Assembly (NCBI GenBank): GCA_013239625.1
Contig: MU057202.1
Span: 2,059,101 to 2,123,100 of the forward strand
Direction: 5' to 3'
DNA length: 64,000 nt
Source: Lama guanicoe
Taxonomy: Eukaryota
In this document: positions 34,851 to 48,119 of the stretch, piece by piece
How the letters are laid out: each line of letters opens with the position of its first letter
Position numbering within the stretch: position 1 is the stretch's first letter
Program-made: the position numbers and the translations under genes
Notes under the pieces: model-generated
The model's input: only the letters and a program-made list of their open reading frames with translations
Told to the model about the DNA's origin: nothing
Database searches by the model: none

Positions 34851-37800
34851 CGGTGATGAGGAGGGTGAGCTTGTACACACGGGCCCGGGTGCTGGCCCCG
34901 CGCTCGGCATTTCACGTCCAAGTTCTCCCTAAGTCCTTGTGCAGCCTCAAACCTGGGGTTATCATCCCTTCCGGCTGCTCGTGAGGGTGACTGAGGACAC
35001 GCCTGTCCATGCAAAGGCTGGAAACCCCAAACCTCTTCAATGTGCTTCTACTGCTAAGTGTGAGGCCTCTTGAAAAGATCCTTTTCTAAGGTTGAGGATG
35101 CCCGCTGGGCAGCAGGGAGCCTCACACCCAGAGGACAGCACGCATCTGAGAAAAGATGCCTTTGCTTTCCTGGCTTCGGGCCAGTGGGTTGTTCAGAAAC
35201 CTCCAGGGGGCAAGGAAGGCCAGCCCACTGTGGAGCCTGCCCTTCCCGGGTCCTTGAGAAACAGGCGTTTCACGCTGGGTTGGCACGCAGGGCCGGCCAA
35301 CAACCCCTGCGCTTGTCTGCCTGGCTGCTGGGTAATTTTACAAATTGGCTTTTACTGGCAAGGGAGGTGGGCGGATGTGGGAAGTGGAATATTCCGCTAG
35401 GTCGCAGGTTCAGATCTGGCCTGGCTGTTGGAGAGCTCTGGGTTATCTGCCCTTCGAGAAACCATTCGTCTGTTTTCGCCGCAGACCTGGGTGTGGTCTC
35501 AGGCAGCAAGCACCTGGTAAGCGTCTGCTCGGTTCCAGGCCTGTGCTAAGCGCTGCAGGCAGCAGCGACCTGCACGGGAGGTAAGTCCCTTCTGCCGCGG
35601 AAGGTCATGTTCACGGGTTCTGGGGATTAGGACTGGGCGGGGGCGTCGTTCTGCCGACCGCACGGAGGGGTGGCTGTTTGCTCCAGACCGCCCCCCTCAA
35701 GGCGGACGACACTGACGGGCTGTGCTCCTCCGTGGACGTGGGGCTAGTGATTCTGTCCCTGGCTGAGCTCACTCTGCTGCCCCACACACAGCCGCAGGGC
35801 AGGTCTCTCCTCGGAGGGGGCCACAAGGGCTTTCCTTCGGGAGTCTTCCTTTTGTGTTCCAGAGCGGAGCCCCTCCCTCACCTTGACTGTGCACTCCAGT
35901 GGCCTGGGGCCTTACTGGAGGGCAGGTGGGGCCCGAGACCCCGCATTTCTAGCCCAGCCCTGGGGATGCTCTTGCTGCTGGTGTGGATACACTTGGGAGG
36001 CATGTGCTAGTGCAGAACAGAGCCTGGCATGCAGTAGGTACTTGATAAATACCTAGTGAGTGGATTCCCTGTGGTGACTCCCCCCCACCCCCGTCTCTCA
36101 GGACCAAGATCCGGCCCCTTGCTCGCTGACTGGCCCTCTGCTAACGCTGGAATTCTGGGGGAGGGGCAGGAGCCCCAGAGGCCCCAGCTGGCATGATGAG
36201 AAACAGACGGATGGGCAGACACCGGCTCCCTTTCCTCTGTAATTCTCTACCTCTATTATTTATATACTATTTCACTTGCTTATGTGTAACCCAAACCTCC
36301 TGCTGCCACACTGGTCCCACCAAACCTCCCCAAACGAGGGCCAGGTGTGCTGCAGTGGCTGCCTCCCCCTCCCCAGTGCACGCACTCACTTGCCCTGCTA
36401 CTGTTATGCCCCCCAAGCTTGCTGGAGCCCCCAGCCCAGCTCCCCAGCCCAGCACTGAGGGCCAGCCTATGACTCAGCATGGGCTCTGCTTATTATTGCA
36501 GAGAAGCAATTTTCAAGGGGGTTAAAATACTTGTTAAAATGAAGGTAAAGAATGTAACCCACAGCCAGGCCTGTTCACCTTGTGCTCCTGAAGCCTCCTG
36601 TTTCTCCACGAACCCCGGCTCCTACAATGTCTTGCAGGTCTCAACCAACTCTGGCGGAAAGGAAGGCCGGCCGCCCAGCGGACGGACAGAGCGCGGCCAG
36701 GCGTGCAGCCCGCCCCTGGGTGTGCACAGCTGTCCCGCGGGCTGGAGGCACCTGCTGGGCTCTGGAACGTGGAAGACACCCAGTCGAGTGGGCTGGACAA
36801 ATGATTGGAGGAGGGGAGTCTGCAGAGCCCACAGTGCCCTGGGGCCAGCCCTGCCCGTGGAGCCGACTGTCCCCACTGGGGGTGGAGCTTCACTCCCTCC
36901 AGGCCGAGTCTCGGCACCTCGGGCCGCCTTTCGTGGAAGGGCCCGGGTGAATAGTCTGAGACACAACTGCCGAGAAGCAGGGCCCTCCAGGGAAAACCAC
37001 CCAGGGCTGTTTCCCGGCACAGACTCGCCTCTTCTTCCAAGGAACTGCTCCGTCCAAGTGGCTTTTTACTTTCTGCCGATCTTTCCCTTAGAAACAGTAA
37101 CAACAGGTGAAAGGAGGTCCATTTAGGGAGCTTCAGCCTTAGGAGACCCTCCTGCAGCCGGAGGAGGGGCCTGGGAGGGGCTCCCACACTGAGCTTCTTG
37201 AGCAAACCCCAGTCTCTCGACGGGTTGAAACTGGTCCAACTTCCTCTGGGGATCAGATCGGCAAACGGAGAGGATGGCTAATTAAAAGAAAATAACTGAA
37301 TCCAAGCCTTCCCCAAAGTGGGTTCAGACTCCAGGTCGCACTGCGTCTTCGAGGCTCCTGGCATCAGCTGGGCGCCCTCCGCCCACGGCGGTCAGGCGAC
37401 TCACTGTTTCTGCTGGGGGGGACTTCGGGACCTGGGTGGAAGCCAGCTGTCGGGGGCTGGGACGCCGCGCGCACCCATCCGCAGAGCGTCTTCCTGTCCG
37501 CTGTTCACGGCCGCGCGAGGACCCGCAGCAGGGAGGCGGTCAGCGCTTCTGAGGGGCCCGTGCAGCCAGGCGGGTGGGCGCCGAGTCCCCTGCCCGTTAA
37601 CCGTGATGGGCTGTCGGCCGCGTGTTGAACCTCCCAACGCCTCAGCCCCTCCTGGAAGTAGGCGCGAATGTGAGAGCGCCTGGGAGGAATTCGGTCCTTG
37701 CGAGCCATTTCTGGTCACGTCTGTGGCATCACTGAAGTCCACTGACCCAAAATTAGACATAAGATGACACACTCACCAAGCGACAACTTAGGATGACAAA

Positions 37801-37869
37801 AGGCACCCCTCTGGCCTCGATCACTGCTCGTTCAGGCGCTCAGTGCATCAGGGGGTCAGGAGCAGGCTA

Positions 37870-38173
37870 TGGAGCAGGCCCGCCTCTGGATCCGAGAGCC
37901 CGAGAACCAGGAAGGCCGACGTCCAAAGGCTGAGGGCAGACCTCCCAGCTCAGCAGAGAGGAGGACTTCACCCGTCCTTCTGTTCTGCCTGGGCCCTCAC
38001 AGGATGGGGTGATGGCCCCCACGTTGGGGAGGGCCCTCTGCTTCCATAGGTCTACCATCTCAACACTCACCTCACCCAGAGATACCCTTCCAGACCCAGG
38101 CTGAAACTGCATTGCCCAGTTATCTGGGCACCCCTGAGCGCAGCCAAGGTGACATGTGAAGTTGACCATCACA
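37870..38173 (-). mobile_element. ERVL LTR (MLT2-like), 5' part
   Basis: Ends ccagttatctgggcacccctgagcgcagccaaggtgacatgtgaagttgaccatcaca, the reverse complement of the MLT2 start tgtgatggttaattttatgtgtcaacttg. Confidence 0.88.
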
Positions 38174-39426
38174 TCTGGTGCCATGCAGAGACCCTGTGCC
38201 CCGGGAGGCCTGCGGAACTTGCCCCTGCTGGACGTACCCCCCCCCTCCATTTCCAGGTGATGAACGTGGATTTAGGCATCTGCCAGTTTGGGGCTTCACA
38301 AGCCAGGCTGCACCTTTCTTTTGGGTACTGATGTCTGCTTTGCCGCAGGAAAGGTGAGTAAGTTTCCCAGGGCAGAGGGTGCAGGTGCTGACTGTCACAG
38401 CATGGCTAGAACCCCAAGGGTCAGCTTTGAGCTGTGCAGCCCGCCAGGGCCCTCGCGTGAGTCCAGGACAGGCGGGAGACCTAGAGTCCATCCCGGGAGA
38501 GCTCGACGCCAGGGCTTAGCGGACGGAGGGTAATTCAGGACGGTGGGTGGTCCCACAATCATCAGGCAATTAGATATAAGGAAGCACTGCCCCCACAATC
38601 CCCCCCAAGCCCCTGGCAGAGGACAGCCCTGCGGTCATGTATTCAGCTGCTGGGTGAGCTCGGGGCCCTGCAGCCTCTGCCCCCAGCAGCGGTGGGAAGC
38701 TCAGGGGAGCGCATCCCAGGCTCTGCACCGGGCCCAGAAATGCCCCAGAGTTTCTCTGTGACCGGGAGCAGCAGCAGCCACCACTCAGGACTGGGGAGAA
38801 GTCTGCGTCTTACCTCTTGAGGGAGACGGTGGGAACAAACGGTCCCCAGAAGGCAGAGCCGCTCCGGGTGAGCTTTGATGGCCTGGTGGGCATGACTCAC
38901 CCTGGGACACGGGTGTCAGGGAAATTCCAGCTTCTTATCTGATTTTTCTCAGTCAGACAGATCCAACTGCCACCGTCCCTTCCCCCTCACCCTGCCACGA
39001 GTTAAGGCTAGTGAGAAATTTAATGTGTGTCAATTACCTTTTCTGGGAGGGGTGTGCTGGTGGGGGTGAGATAGATTCGCTAGCCAGTGAAGTGTCTTAG
39101 AGGGTCTTAAGCCATCCAGAACGTTCGAGGGAGGGGTCTAGGTGGCGCAGGGCAGGCCGCTCCGCCACAGTCTGGTCACGCACAGGCAAGGGGTTGGCGG
39201 CATGCAGGTGGCGGTGCAGGGGACGGCGGGGCGGGAGCCTGCAGGGCCGCCACTTTGCAGACGCCCTGCCCGCGTCTCGGGGTGAGAGCTCACTGGCGCG
39301 TCTGGGACGCCAGCCAGGCCGTTGTGGCCGCTCCTCTGGAGGGGTTCCGGGAGTGATCGAGAGTGGCCAGGTTCAGCAAGAAGAAACACGGGACACCCAG
39401 TGAAGTGGTAATTTCAGGTAGGCAAT

Positions 39427-39879
39427 TGTACGGGTTTCCTGTGGTTGCCATAACAAATTATCACAAACTTAAAGGGGCTTAAAGCAGCACAAACGTATTC
39501 CGTTCCCATTCTGGGGGCCGGAAGCCTGGAACAAAGCTGTCGGCAGAGCTGGGCTCCCTCTGGAGGCTCTGTGGTGGGGGAAGGTCCGTCCTTGTCTCTT
39601 CCAGCTCCTGGTGGCTCCCGAAATCCTTGGAGTCCCTCGGCCTGTGGCCCCATCATTTCAGCCTCTGCCTCCGGCTTCACACAGCCTTCGCTCTGTGCGT
39701 CTCTGCGCCTTCGTACCGAGTCCTCACAAGGACACCAGTCGCTGGGCTTAGCGCCACCCTCCTCCGGTGTAAACTCATCAGAACCCAATTCATCTGCAAA
39801 GATGCCACTTCCAGCTTGACATACTCTCATATGCTGGGTGGACGTGCATTCTCCGGAGCACACTATTCAATCCACGACA
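39427..39879 (-). mobile_element. MaLR solo LTR (MLT1C-like), full length
   Basis: tgtacgggtttcctgtggttgccataacaaattatcacaaactt...ctccctctggaggctct...aaggacaccagtc...catctgcaaaga...cacactattcaatccacgaca; TG...CA termini. Confidence 0.92.
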
Positions 39880-41864
39880 ACAGCGAAAAGAAGTCGTATG
39901 GGACATACCCGACACACACTTGGGGCAACTGTTGTCACAGAGCAGAATCTACCCGAAGCAGTATAAACCCGGGGGGGTTACTGTGACTGTTCAGAGCACA
40001 GCTTACCTCGTATGGGCCCCGTCAAGGGACACGCGGTCCAGGCAGCGAGGGGCCGGCACAGAAGCTGCAGCCTTGCCCACTCCCTCCAAGGGGGAAGGTC
40101 AAACAGCCGGGCGCCGCCTCCAGGGCAGGGCACCCGGGATCACCCCTCCCCACAGCTTTGGCGGCCACTTTTCTTAGCTTTAGAGTGACTTCCATGAATC
40201 ATCAACTCCTGTGGCAAAGAATTATTTCAGCAATTCTCTTGGTGTCACTTCACATTCTTTTCAAGTAGATTCAAGTAAAAGAAATATACTTTCATTTTTA
40301 AATAGTGTGAATAGTGTCACTCATGGGTGTTACCTTACTTCTCTGTCTCCTCACCTTCCATTTGTGTATGTACACAGGAGGCCATTCAGAAAGACCGTCA
40401 CATTAGTATGGACGCAATTTTGGAGGAGTTAATATATTTCGGGCAACTGATTGCTTTCTTAGGAATTTCTGCTTGAATTTTTAAAAAAACAAGCGTGAAT
40501 GACATTTGTAAGAAGCAATAAAGCCGATACTTAAAAATAAACCATGATGTGCCTTTCTTGGAGGAAAAACTAAACCACAATGGAGTATGTATCGTACCTC
40601 CCAGAAAGACAAATCTAAATTAGTTAATTGTGGGGAAAAACAATCTATAAACAGGCAAAAAACCCAAAAACCCAAAACACTGAACCACTAAACGGAACTA
40701 TATTTAAATAACAGGGGATCTGGCCTAACTCTGAGGTGCAGATGTCAAATGATTCCTTTCCTTTTAACTTTGTAATTTGTTCGTCTGTTCAACAAAGGGC
40801 CTGAGTGCCCACCCCGTGCTGGGAGCATCCCTTTCATTTGACAACAGTCCCCTAGGACCCTACAGACGAGTGACGGGATTACACTTGATAAGGTAGAAGT
40901 GAGAGCAGATCATTGGAGGGTCCATCGGGCCACTGTACACCACCAGGAAGCTTCAAGAAAGCGTCCTCTTGGGGAGAAGCTGCGACCACAGCTGCCATAA
41001 ACATTCATGCCCCCGACACCGTGCCCACCCTTCCTCTGAGATGCACAGCCTGTCAGGAGTACAAGGAGGAGGAACCAGAACCAGTGGGAAGACGGTCTCT
41101 CAGCTCTTAGGAGACCAGGTAACGAGAAAGCGCTGTTCGGTTGACTGAGGGGAGACACAACGAGAGCTGTGTGGGCAAGGGAAACCCCAGGCTGGTGCCA
41201 GCCTCCGGTGTGGCCCTGGCCTCCCGGGACACTAGTTACGGCTGGGCGCTGGGCCCTGTGTCGTGCAGGGTGCCTGCAGCCCCCTCCCAGCCCCTGCTGC
41301 CCAGCCTGCTGCCAGGTCTAGGGCCGCCTCCACTGGGGGGCCGGCCGTGGCACTAAAGCAGGTGCAGCCACGCCCCCGCTGTCGTCACCCCGCTGGGTGG
41401 GGAATTAAGATTCTCCCAGGCCACTTCCTGCTGCGACGCCAGGAGGAAGCTGGACTCTGGGCTCTGGACTGTCCACTTGGAAGCAGCCAGCGCCCAGTCA
41501 CCCAGCCTTGATCCAGAAGCCTGCGAACTCAAGCCTTAGCATCTTGGGGAAATAATGAGAGAACTTTTCTTAATTCTGCTGCCTTCAGAACACCAGCCTG
41601 GGTGCTGGCTCCAGCCGCGCGGAGACTGTCAGCACCTGAGGGGGAGACAGCCACGCCCGGCCCCGTGACTCCCCCGCAGGGCCCTTGGGTACCCGCACGG
41701 TTCCAGGCTGGTAAGGGCCCCTAAAAATCCCGATGCGATGGGCAGGTTTAGCCTCCCCAAACCACACCACATGCCAGCATCTGTGACACATGGTGTAGAT
41801 CAAATGGCCTCAGTCTTACATCGGGAAGGATGTCATCAGAGGCAGCTGGAACTGGGAAGCCGCA

Positions 41865-42000
41865 CCGCGAAGACAGAAGGCCAGGCCTGGAGGCGACGCG
41901 GTTCCACTCCCAGCTCCGCACGCTACTCGGGTAAACGCTGGTTCCTGTCTGGCCTCAGACTTTCCTCCTTTACTGGAGGCTAAACTTGTCCCTGAGTGCC
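41865..42000 (+). mobile_element. MIR fragment
   Basis: ggttccactcccagctccgcacgctact...ctgtctggcctcagactttcctcctttact. Confidence 0.5.
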
Positions 42001-43963
42001 CACTGCCCTGGGGAAAACGTGGGTGAAGACTTCAAATATGACTTAAGTCCTGGTCAAGAGACAGATGTGCATTCATGTAGCAGGCGCATCACCATGTCCC
42101 TGCACGTGCGGTGCCGCTGGAGAGGATGAGACCAGAGTTTCTCTGCTGTTTCAAGACCGGCCTGGGGTCCAGCTCCTCAGGACAGGCTTCCGAGGGGCTG
42201 TCCTCCGCCCTCGCTTCGCTGCTGGCGCCCCAGGGCTGTGCCTCCTGTGCATCAAAGCCCGGGTCCCTCCTCTATTCCACAAGCTTGGGTCTCGAAGTCC
42301 CACAGAGGACGGTCCCCCCACAAAGGAGTGCTTCTTTGACAAACGTTCGGAAAAAGGGCCCAAATAGCCCGCCCGAGAAGGACCAGGCTGCAAGGGGGCC
42401 GCGGGACGGGCACGGACCTGGCGCCGTCTTCAGTAAATGCTTTCTCTTCCTTGCATTTCCCCCTTTCTCTGTCCAGGCTGACGGGCCCCTGGCACTGCGG
42501 GGGCCAGAACGTGCCCTGGGACAGACGCTGCCTACCTTGCGTCCTCACAGGCTGTGAGGTCCAGCCCCTGCCAGGCCTGGAAAGCCTGCGAGGGATCTTC
42601 GCTTTGTTTGTGTTGATCTGTTTACCCGCACAGGTGCTTCTTACGCTTACTGACAGGAGCCCTTTAACCTGTTTCCTCCTGGCGTCCCGGCCCCGCCCTC
42701 GGCTCGTCAGGTCCCGGAGAGAAGGGACGTGAGTGGCCATCTTCATGCAAGCGTCTTGGGGCCTGGAATCTAGTCAGCAGCCAGTTTTCTCTTGGTTTCG
42801 TTATTTAATGACCTCACTGTGTCACCTTGGAAGCTGGCATCCAACCTGGAGGGCCCGAGCCCGGTCTCTGGCAGGCGTGGCCCGCTCAGCCCCGGACGGG
42901 TGTCAGGCTGGTCGATGTTACGGCGGCTGCTGTAATAAAGGACAGGGCCGGCTGACAAATTTTCTTATGCGGCTGCTGTGAACAAAGTGCGAGGCAAGCC
43001 GCAGGTCGGCAGCGCTGAAGCAAAACAAAAGCACACAACAGAAAAAACCCACGCCGACGAGGTCGGCTGTTGAGGTTCTCCCGCGTGTATTTGGCTGGAA
43101 AATAAAATAAAATATAATAAAAGCAGCTGTGGGGGCGGAGAGAAGTCAGGTCAAATCCGGGACTGAAAGAAGTCTGTTTGGAGCTGCCTCTGGGCCGCGG
43201 GCTGCCCCGCGGACCGCTTACAGCTGCAGGGATTTAAAGCGGCACAAGTTCATCTCCTGTGAGTAAAGCAACCATGCAGCCACGGGTTCTGGCTCAGGGT
43301 TCGAGGAGCTGGAAGACCTGGTACTGGGGAAGGTCCATCACCCCGGCCCCGAGGAGGCTCCCCGCTCCCACCGGAGGCCGATGGTGTATAACCACCAGGA
43401 TGGTCCGACGCAGGGCCGTTCCAGGTTGATTTACGACCCGGGCAAACAGCCCATCAATCCAACAGCGGCCCCACTTCCATTCACAGCTCCGCAGAGGCAG
43501 AAGAAGGGCCACTGGAAGCGGTCCTGAGCTGCTTCCTGTGGTTTCCCTGCTCCGCGGGGGCAGGGGCTTCTACTTTTAGAGGGTGACCAGTGCAGTGAAG
43601 GTCCAGGCGGCCATGGACACGGTGCGGGGACGGTGGGTGACCAGGGCAGACTGGGTGGGCTCTCCACTGACACAGTATTTTAAGAGATCCTTTCAAGTGA
43701 CACATAGTGGAGAAGAGCTACCACTTCCTCCTGCAGGGGTGAGAGGGTGTGTCCAGGCCAACAGACGCCAGGACGCTTGGCCATAAAGTGTGTCACCGTG
43801 TTTGGAGGGCTGGTGACCTCTCCACATGAGCCCCCATGGCCAGTGTCCACAAGACACCAAGACGTTTACTTGCAGTCCTCATTTATCATGTAACCCTCTC
43901 TGAATTCGGTCGTGTGCTGTGGCTCAGTGTCAACTATGCTGTTCTCCTCCGGGCAATGGGCTC

Positions 43964-44270
43964 TGTCTTCGTTTGGGTTCCTCAGAAGCAGATCCTGACA
44001 GATTCACACGTACGCTGCTGATGTGGGAGGTGGTCCCCGCCAGCATCCCTCGGGGAGTGGGCGAGCGAGGCAGGGAAGGGAGGGAGCCAAGACCACCAGT
44101 GAGCGGAAGAGCCCCGAGAAGGTGCTATGAGCTGACTGGCCCACCCTCCCTGTGACCACGGTGTGGCTGGAAGTGACAGGTAAGCCTCCCAGCAGGGGCC
44201 AGGGTGCCCCGGGACCGAGCAGCAGAAAGCAGAGTCCACGGGGAACCCTGACGGAGAGCGTCGCGGTCAC
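43964..44270 (-). mobile_element. ERVL LTR (LTR16-like)
   Basis: tgtcttcgtttgggttcctcagaagcagatcctgaca...tgggaggtggtccc...ggcagggaagggagggagccaa is the antisense LTR16 terminus. Confidence 0.78.
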
Positions 44271-44464
44271 CGCCGGGCCCCTCGGCTGTTCATCCTCACG
44301 GCTCTTACTTCATCGCTGACGGGACGTGGTCGCAGCTCAGCGTTTGCACAGCACTCCTCCTGGCAATGGAGCTTGATCTGAATGTTTAAGACCTTTGTTT
44401 CTTTTTCTCTCTCTGTTTATCTTCTACTTAAAGTTTAGACTTTGCGTCTTATTCTGTGCACTCA

Positions 44465-44710
44465 TTTTATGCAAATCACACCCACCGTGAAATACCCCGT
44501 GATGCCATGAGGACGACTCGGTTTACAAAGACTAATGACTCCAAGCTCCGGCAAACATGCGAGCAACAAGAGCTCTCCTACACTGTTGAGAAAACAGGAT
44601 GGCTTATCTTAGAAAGTTAAATATACATTCACCATACAACCCAGTAACACCCGCTCCTAGAAGTTACCCCAAGAAAACGTGTGTCCGCACAAAGTCCTGT
44701 GCGGGCATGA
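44465..44710 (+). mobile_element. Ancient L1M ORF2-end fragment
   Basis: atgcaaatcacacccaccgtgaaatacc...aaagttaaatatacattcaccatacaacccagtaacacccgctcctag. Confidence 0.75.
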
Positions 44711-44711
44711 G

Positions 44712-44918
44712 CGTAGCGTAGTCGTAAGAGGTCCGAGCTATCTGGAGCATACTGCCTGGGCTAAAGCCCCGCCTCTGTGTGTTACAATGCTGCGTGAACT
44801 TTGGTTAGGAACTTGGCCTCTCTGAGCCTCTCTTCCTCATTGTCTAATGGAAGTAACAGTAACAACTCTCTCATAGGGCTGTTGTCAGCATTAAATGAGT
44901 GCACGGGTATGAGAGCTC
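44712..44918 (+). mobile_element. MIR, near full length
   Basis: gtagcgtagtcgtaagag...cctctctgagcctctcttcctcattgtctaatggaagtaacagtaacaactctctcatagggctgttgtcagcattaaatgag. Confidence 0.8.
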
Positions 44919-44919
44919 C

Positions 44920-45090
44920 GCGGTGGGTACTCCTGTCCCTCAGAAAGACATGCTCAAGCCCTAACCCCCGGCACCGGTGAATGTGACCTTATTTGGAAAT
45001 AGGGTCTTTGCAGAGTTAAGGATCTCAAGGTATCATCCTGGATTATGTGGGTCCTGAAGCCCAAGGCTGGTGTTCTTCTATGAGAAAGGT
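44920..45090 (+). mobile_element. MLT1C-like LTR 5' part
   Basis: ccctaacccccggcaccggtgaatgtgaccttatttggaaatagggtctttgcagagttaaggatctcaaggtatcatcctggattat. Confidence 0.88.
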
Positions 45091-46909
45091 GGGGGATTCG
45101 GTTGGGGGCTCTGCCAGCCTCCCTCGTAAGCGTGTGTCCCGGCATCGCGTGCGGCCAGGTGCGCTCTCACCCACAGGCTCGAGCAGCGATGCCTGTCAGA
45201 GCCCCCGCAACGTGGGTTTTCTTCCAGATCAGATACGGAGACGAGGACCCGCAGCTCCACCAGAGGGGAGGAAAGGCTCCGCATCTGAGTTATATTAGCC
45301 GAACCAGCCCGGCTAAGTTTTCCCTGCCTGAGAATACCGACAGATTTTCAGTCTTTTGCGATGCCGCACTTCGGAGAAAAGGCAGGAAGACTCAAGTAAT
45401 CCTGAACATGTTTGTGGCCAGGCCCCTCCATGGATGCCTCCCACTTCCTAGAGCAGAGAGGCACCAGCTCCCACTCCCGGCGTCTCTCATCCATCTCGCC
45501 CCGTTCTGCTCTCACCCACCAGCGCCCCTCTGCCGGTTGCCTTTCACGTCAACGCAGCACGCCAAAGAACAAGGGGCTGGTTTGGGGGAGCCGGGGCTGG
45601 TCACTTGCAAAGGAATGTCTAAACGGGGTGACAGGTGTGTTCTGGGGGTGGCCCGAGGGACCGAGAAACCCGGGACAACACAAAGACATGGGCCAGCACA
45701 GCCCCAGACTGGAAGCTCTCCAGCTGAGCAAGCATGGTGAGGAGAGAAGACGGATGGGTTTCAGTTCAGACCACAGTCATGATGAGCTCCATGTGGGTTC
45801 TCGGCAAATGTCTGAGAGGAGAAAATCTGCCTTCCGTCCTATACCACCTTCTGTTTATGCTTTTTCTCTTTTATCTTAATGCAACTCCCTCCCCCATTGA
45901 CACACTTTTAACCCTCCTGCCACCTACCCATCTGTGATCTTGTGCACTCTTAGCATCCCCGCTCTAACAAGACTTGTTCCAAAAACCCAGTGTCAGTCAT
46001 TTACATGTTAGTATAAATAAGTAATGGAAAGGCCCTTTTCCTGGGCTGGAAGTGGCATTTAAGCCCCAGTTATTTCAGCTCTTGAACCAGCAGCAGGACT
46101 GCAGCCGACTCTGTCTATAGCTGAAGCTGCTCTGCCTGCGGTGGATGCAAACACGTTTCCAGTTACACACTCATCATGGGCACCTGGGCACACACATGCA
46201 CATGCATGTGTGTGTGTAGGTGCACGTGCACACTCCTCCAGGCTTCCAGGGTGGGATTTAAGTCACATTTTCCAAAGGTTTTTCTGGGTATTCCAGCACT
46301 GAGAAAGGCTGCCAGGGTTGCCCTTGGAAAAGGAAGTGAGTGAACGTTCACCTGTTGGGACAAGACGGCTGTGTCCACCCTGAACAGGGGAGGAAGTCAG
46401 GCCCCAGGGATGCAATGACTCTGGGCAGGGGCGTGTAGGGCTCCGCACTTACTACCTGGTCATGTTAGAGACAGGACTCTCTCTCTGTCTCTCTTTTTTA
46501 ATGGTAGTGGGCACCAGCTCAAAGTTGTCTGCTAAGAAACACTCTGTGTTCTTCTCTCTGCTGACTCATTTGGTGGGAATTACAAACCCAAATGCCAGCG
46601 TGTGGCTGACCCACATGACCCTCCACTGAAAAATAAAGACAGGAGGTTTCAGTTCTTGTGAACAAACAGCAGACATGCAGCCAAATCTTCTTCCTCTGTT
46701 TGTTTTTACATTCATGTCAATGGCCCTACACCCAGTATTCGATGTCACCCCGCCGCCCCCGTCCGTGGCTCCAGATGTGAGAAGAGAGGGGAGTGGGTCA
46801 TCAACTGGCACCTCTTCTTATTTTTCAATAAGTGAAAAGGATCCTTGGCTTGTAACAGAGAGAGGAAAATTAAAGGTCCGAACTGTCTGATTTTCCGGCT
46901 GAGCCCTAG

Positions 46910-47070
46910 AAGTTGTGGCATGGCGCACGCTGAAAGGACATTGGTCTGGGAGACACAAACCCTGGATTCTAGTCTCAGCCACTAAGTAGGTCTGTCACCT
47001 TGTTACGCCATTTTCCCTCTGGGACCCCAGTTTTCTCATCAGCAAAATGAGGGTGTTGGCCTTGGCCAGA
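46910..47070 (+). mobile_element. MIR/MIR3 fragment
   Basis: ccctggattctagtctcagccactaagtaggtctgtcaccttg...ccccagttttctcatcagcaaaatgagggtgttgg. Confidence 0.7.
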
Positions 47071-47229
47071 GTGGCAATCCCCTGGAACACACAAGCCCAG
47101 GCCAGCACCCACCCAGGCATGGTTTATGGGTCACCACACGGTCTTCCGTAGACCTCGGAACCCTTCTCATACCAGCTCTCCACGAGCCGTTAGCCATCAC
47201 TCAGAAACCTACACGCAGCTGTCATATCC

Positions 47230-47606
47230 TTATGTGTGTCTGCCAAGGATTCCCAGCAGTTTGCTGCCCAGGACGTTGGTAGGACTGCACAGCCTGTCCC
47301 TGTGGGGGACTATCTCAGGCCAAGGAGTCACGAGCTAGTGAGAAATGGGTCACTTCTGGGCTGGGGCCCTTCACTGCTGACATGAGGCCCTCCACACCCG
47401 CCGTCCTTCATAGGGCAATTTGAATAATCAAGATGGCAGGACTTCCTGAGCCTGAGTGATTGAGCAGACACCCTGCCAACCTACAGTGGACCTGCCACAC
47501 AAATAAGAAATAAGCCTTCATTTAAAACAAACAAAAAAAAGTAAACCTCAGAATTCTGGGGTCGTTTGTTACTCCAGCATGGCTTGGCCTTTCCTGACTG
47601 ATACAT
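47230..47606 (+). mobile_element. MaLR LTR (MLT1J-like)
   Basis: gtcacttctgggctgggg...aagaaataagcctt...tctggggtcgtttgttactccagcatggcttggcctttcctgactgataca (MLT1J terminus). Confidence 0.82.
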
Positions 47607-48119
47607 CAACCTCAACCCCTCCAGCCCTGTGGTTTTACAAGTCTGGGTCTGGTGACTCAGCCATCAAGCCTGATTCAGAGTTGTCCCTTGAGACACCGAC
47701 ACCAAACCAAAAAGTTCACAGCAAGGGCTCCCATGATGTTAGCTCTCAGATCTGTTTGTGGTCCTCTGGGGGTGGTTTTCCCAGCTAGTCAAGACGCATC
47801 AGAGCCAACGTCCAAACACTGACCACACCCTTCCAGTGCGGGGATGTTCTGAACAGCAATGTAACAGTGGTTCAGCCTTCACCTCTCTTTGTTCCCATGA
47901 CATTTTCCAGTTTAAAAAACAAGCTCTCACACCAGTTTTACTTAAAAATGGAGGGTCCAGGGCCGTCTGGGTTTCCGTGTTTTACTCCTAAAACTTTCCT
48001 CTAGACCAGAAGGAACCATGGTGTTAAAGCAACGTGGAAGGAGAGCGGGAAGGAAGGCCGCACGTGATGTCCACTGCCTGGACTCTTACTCACCGAAGAG
48101 GCCGCTTCCTCCAGGAGGG

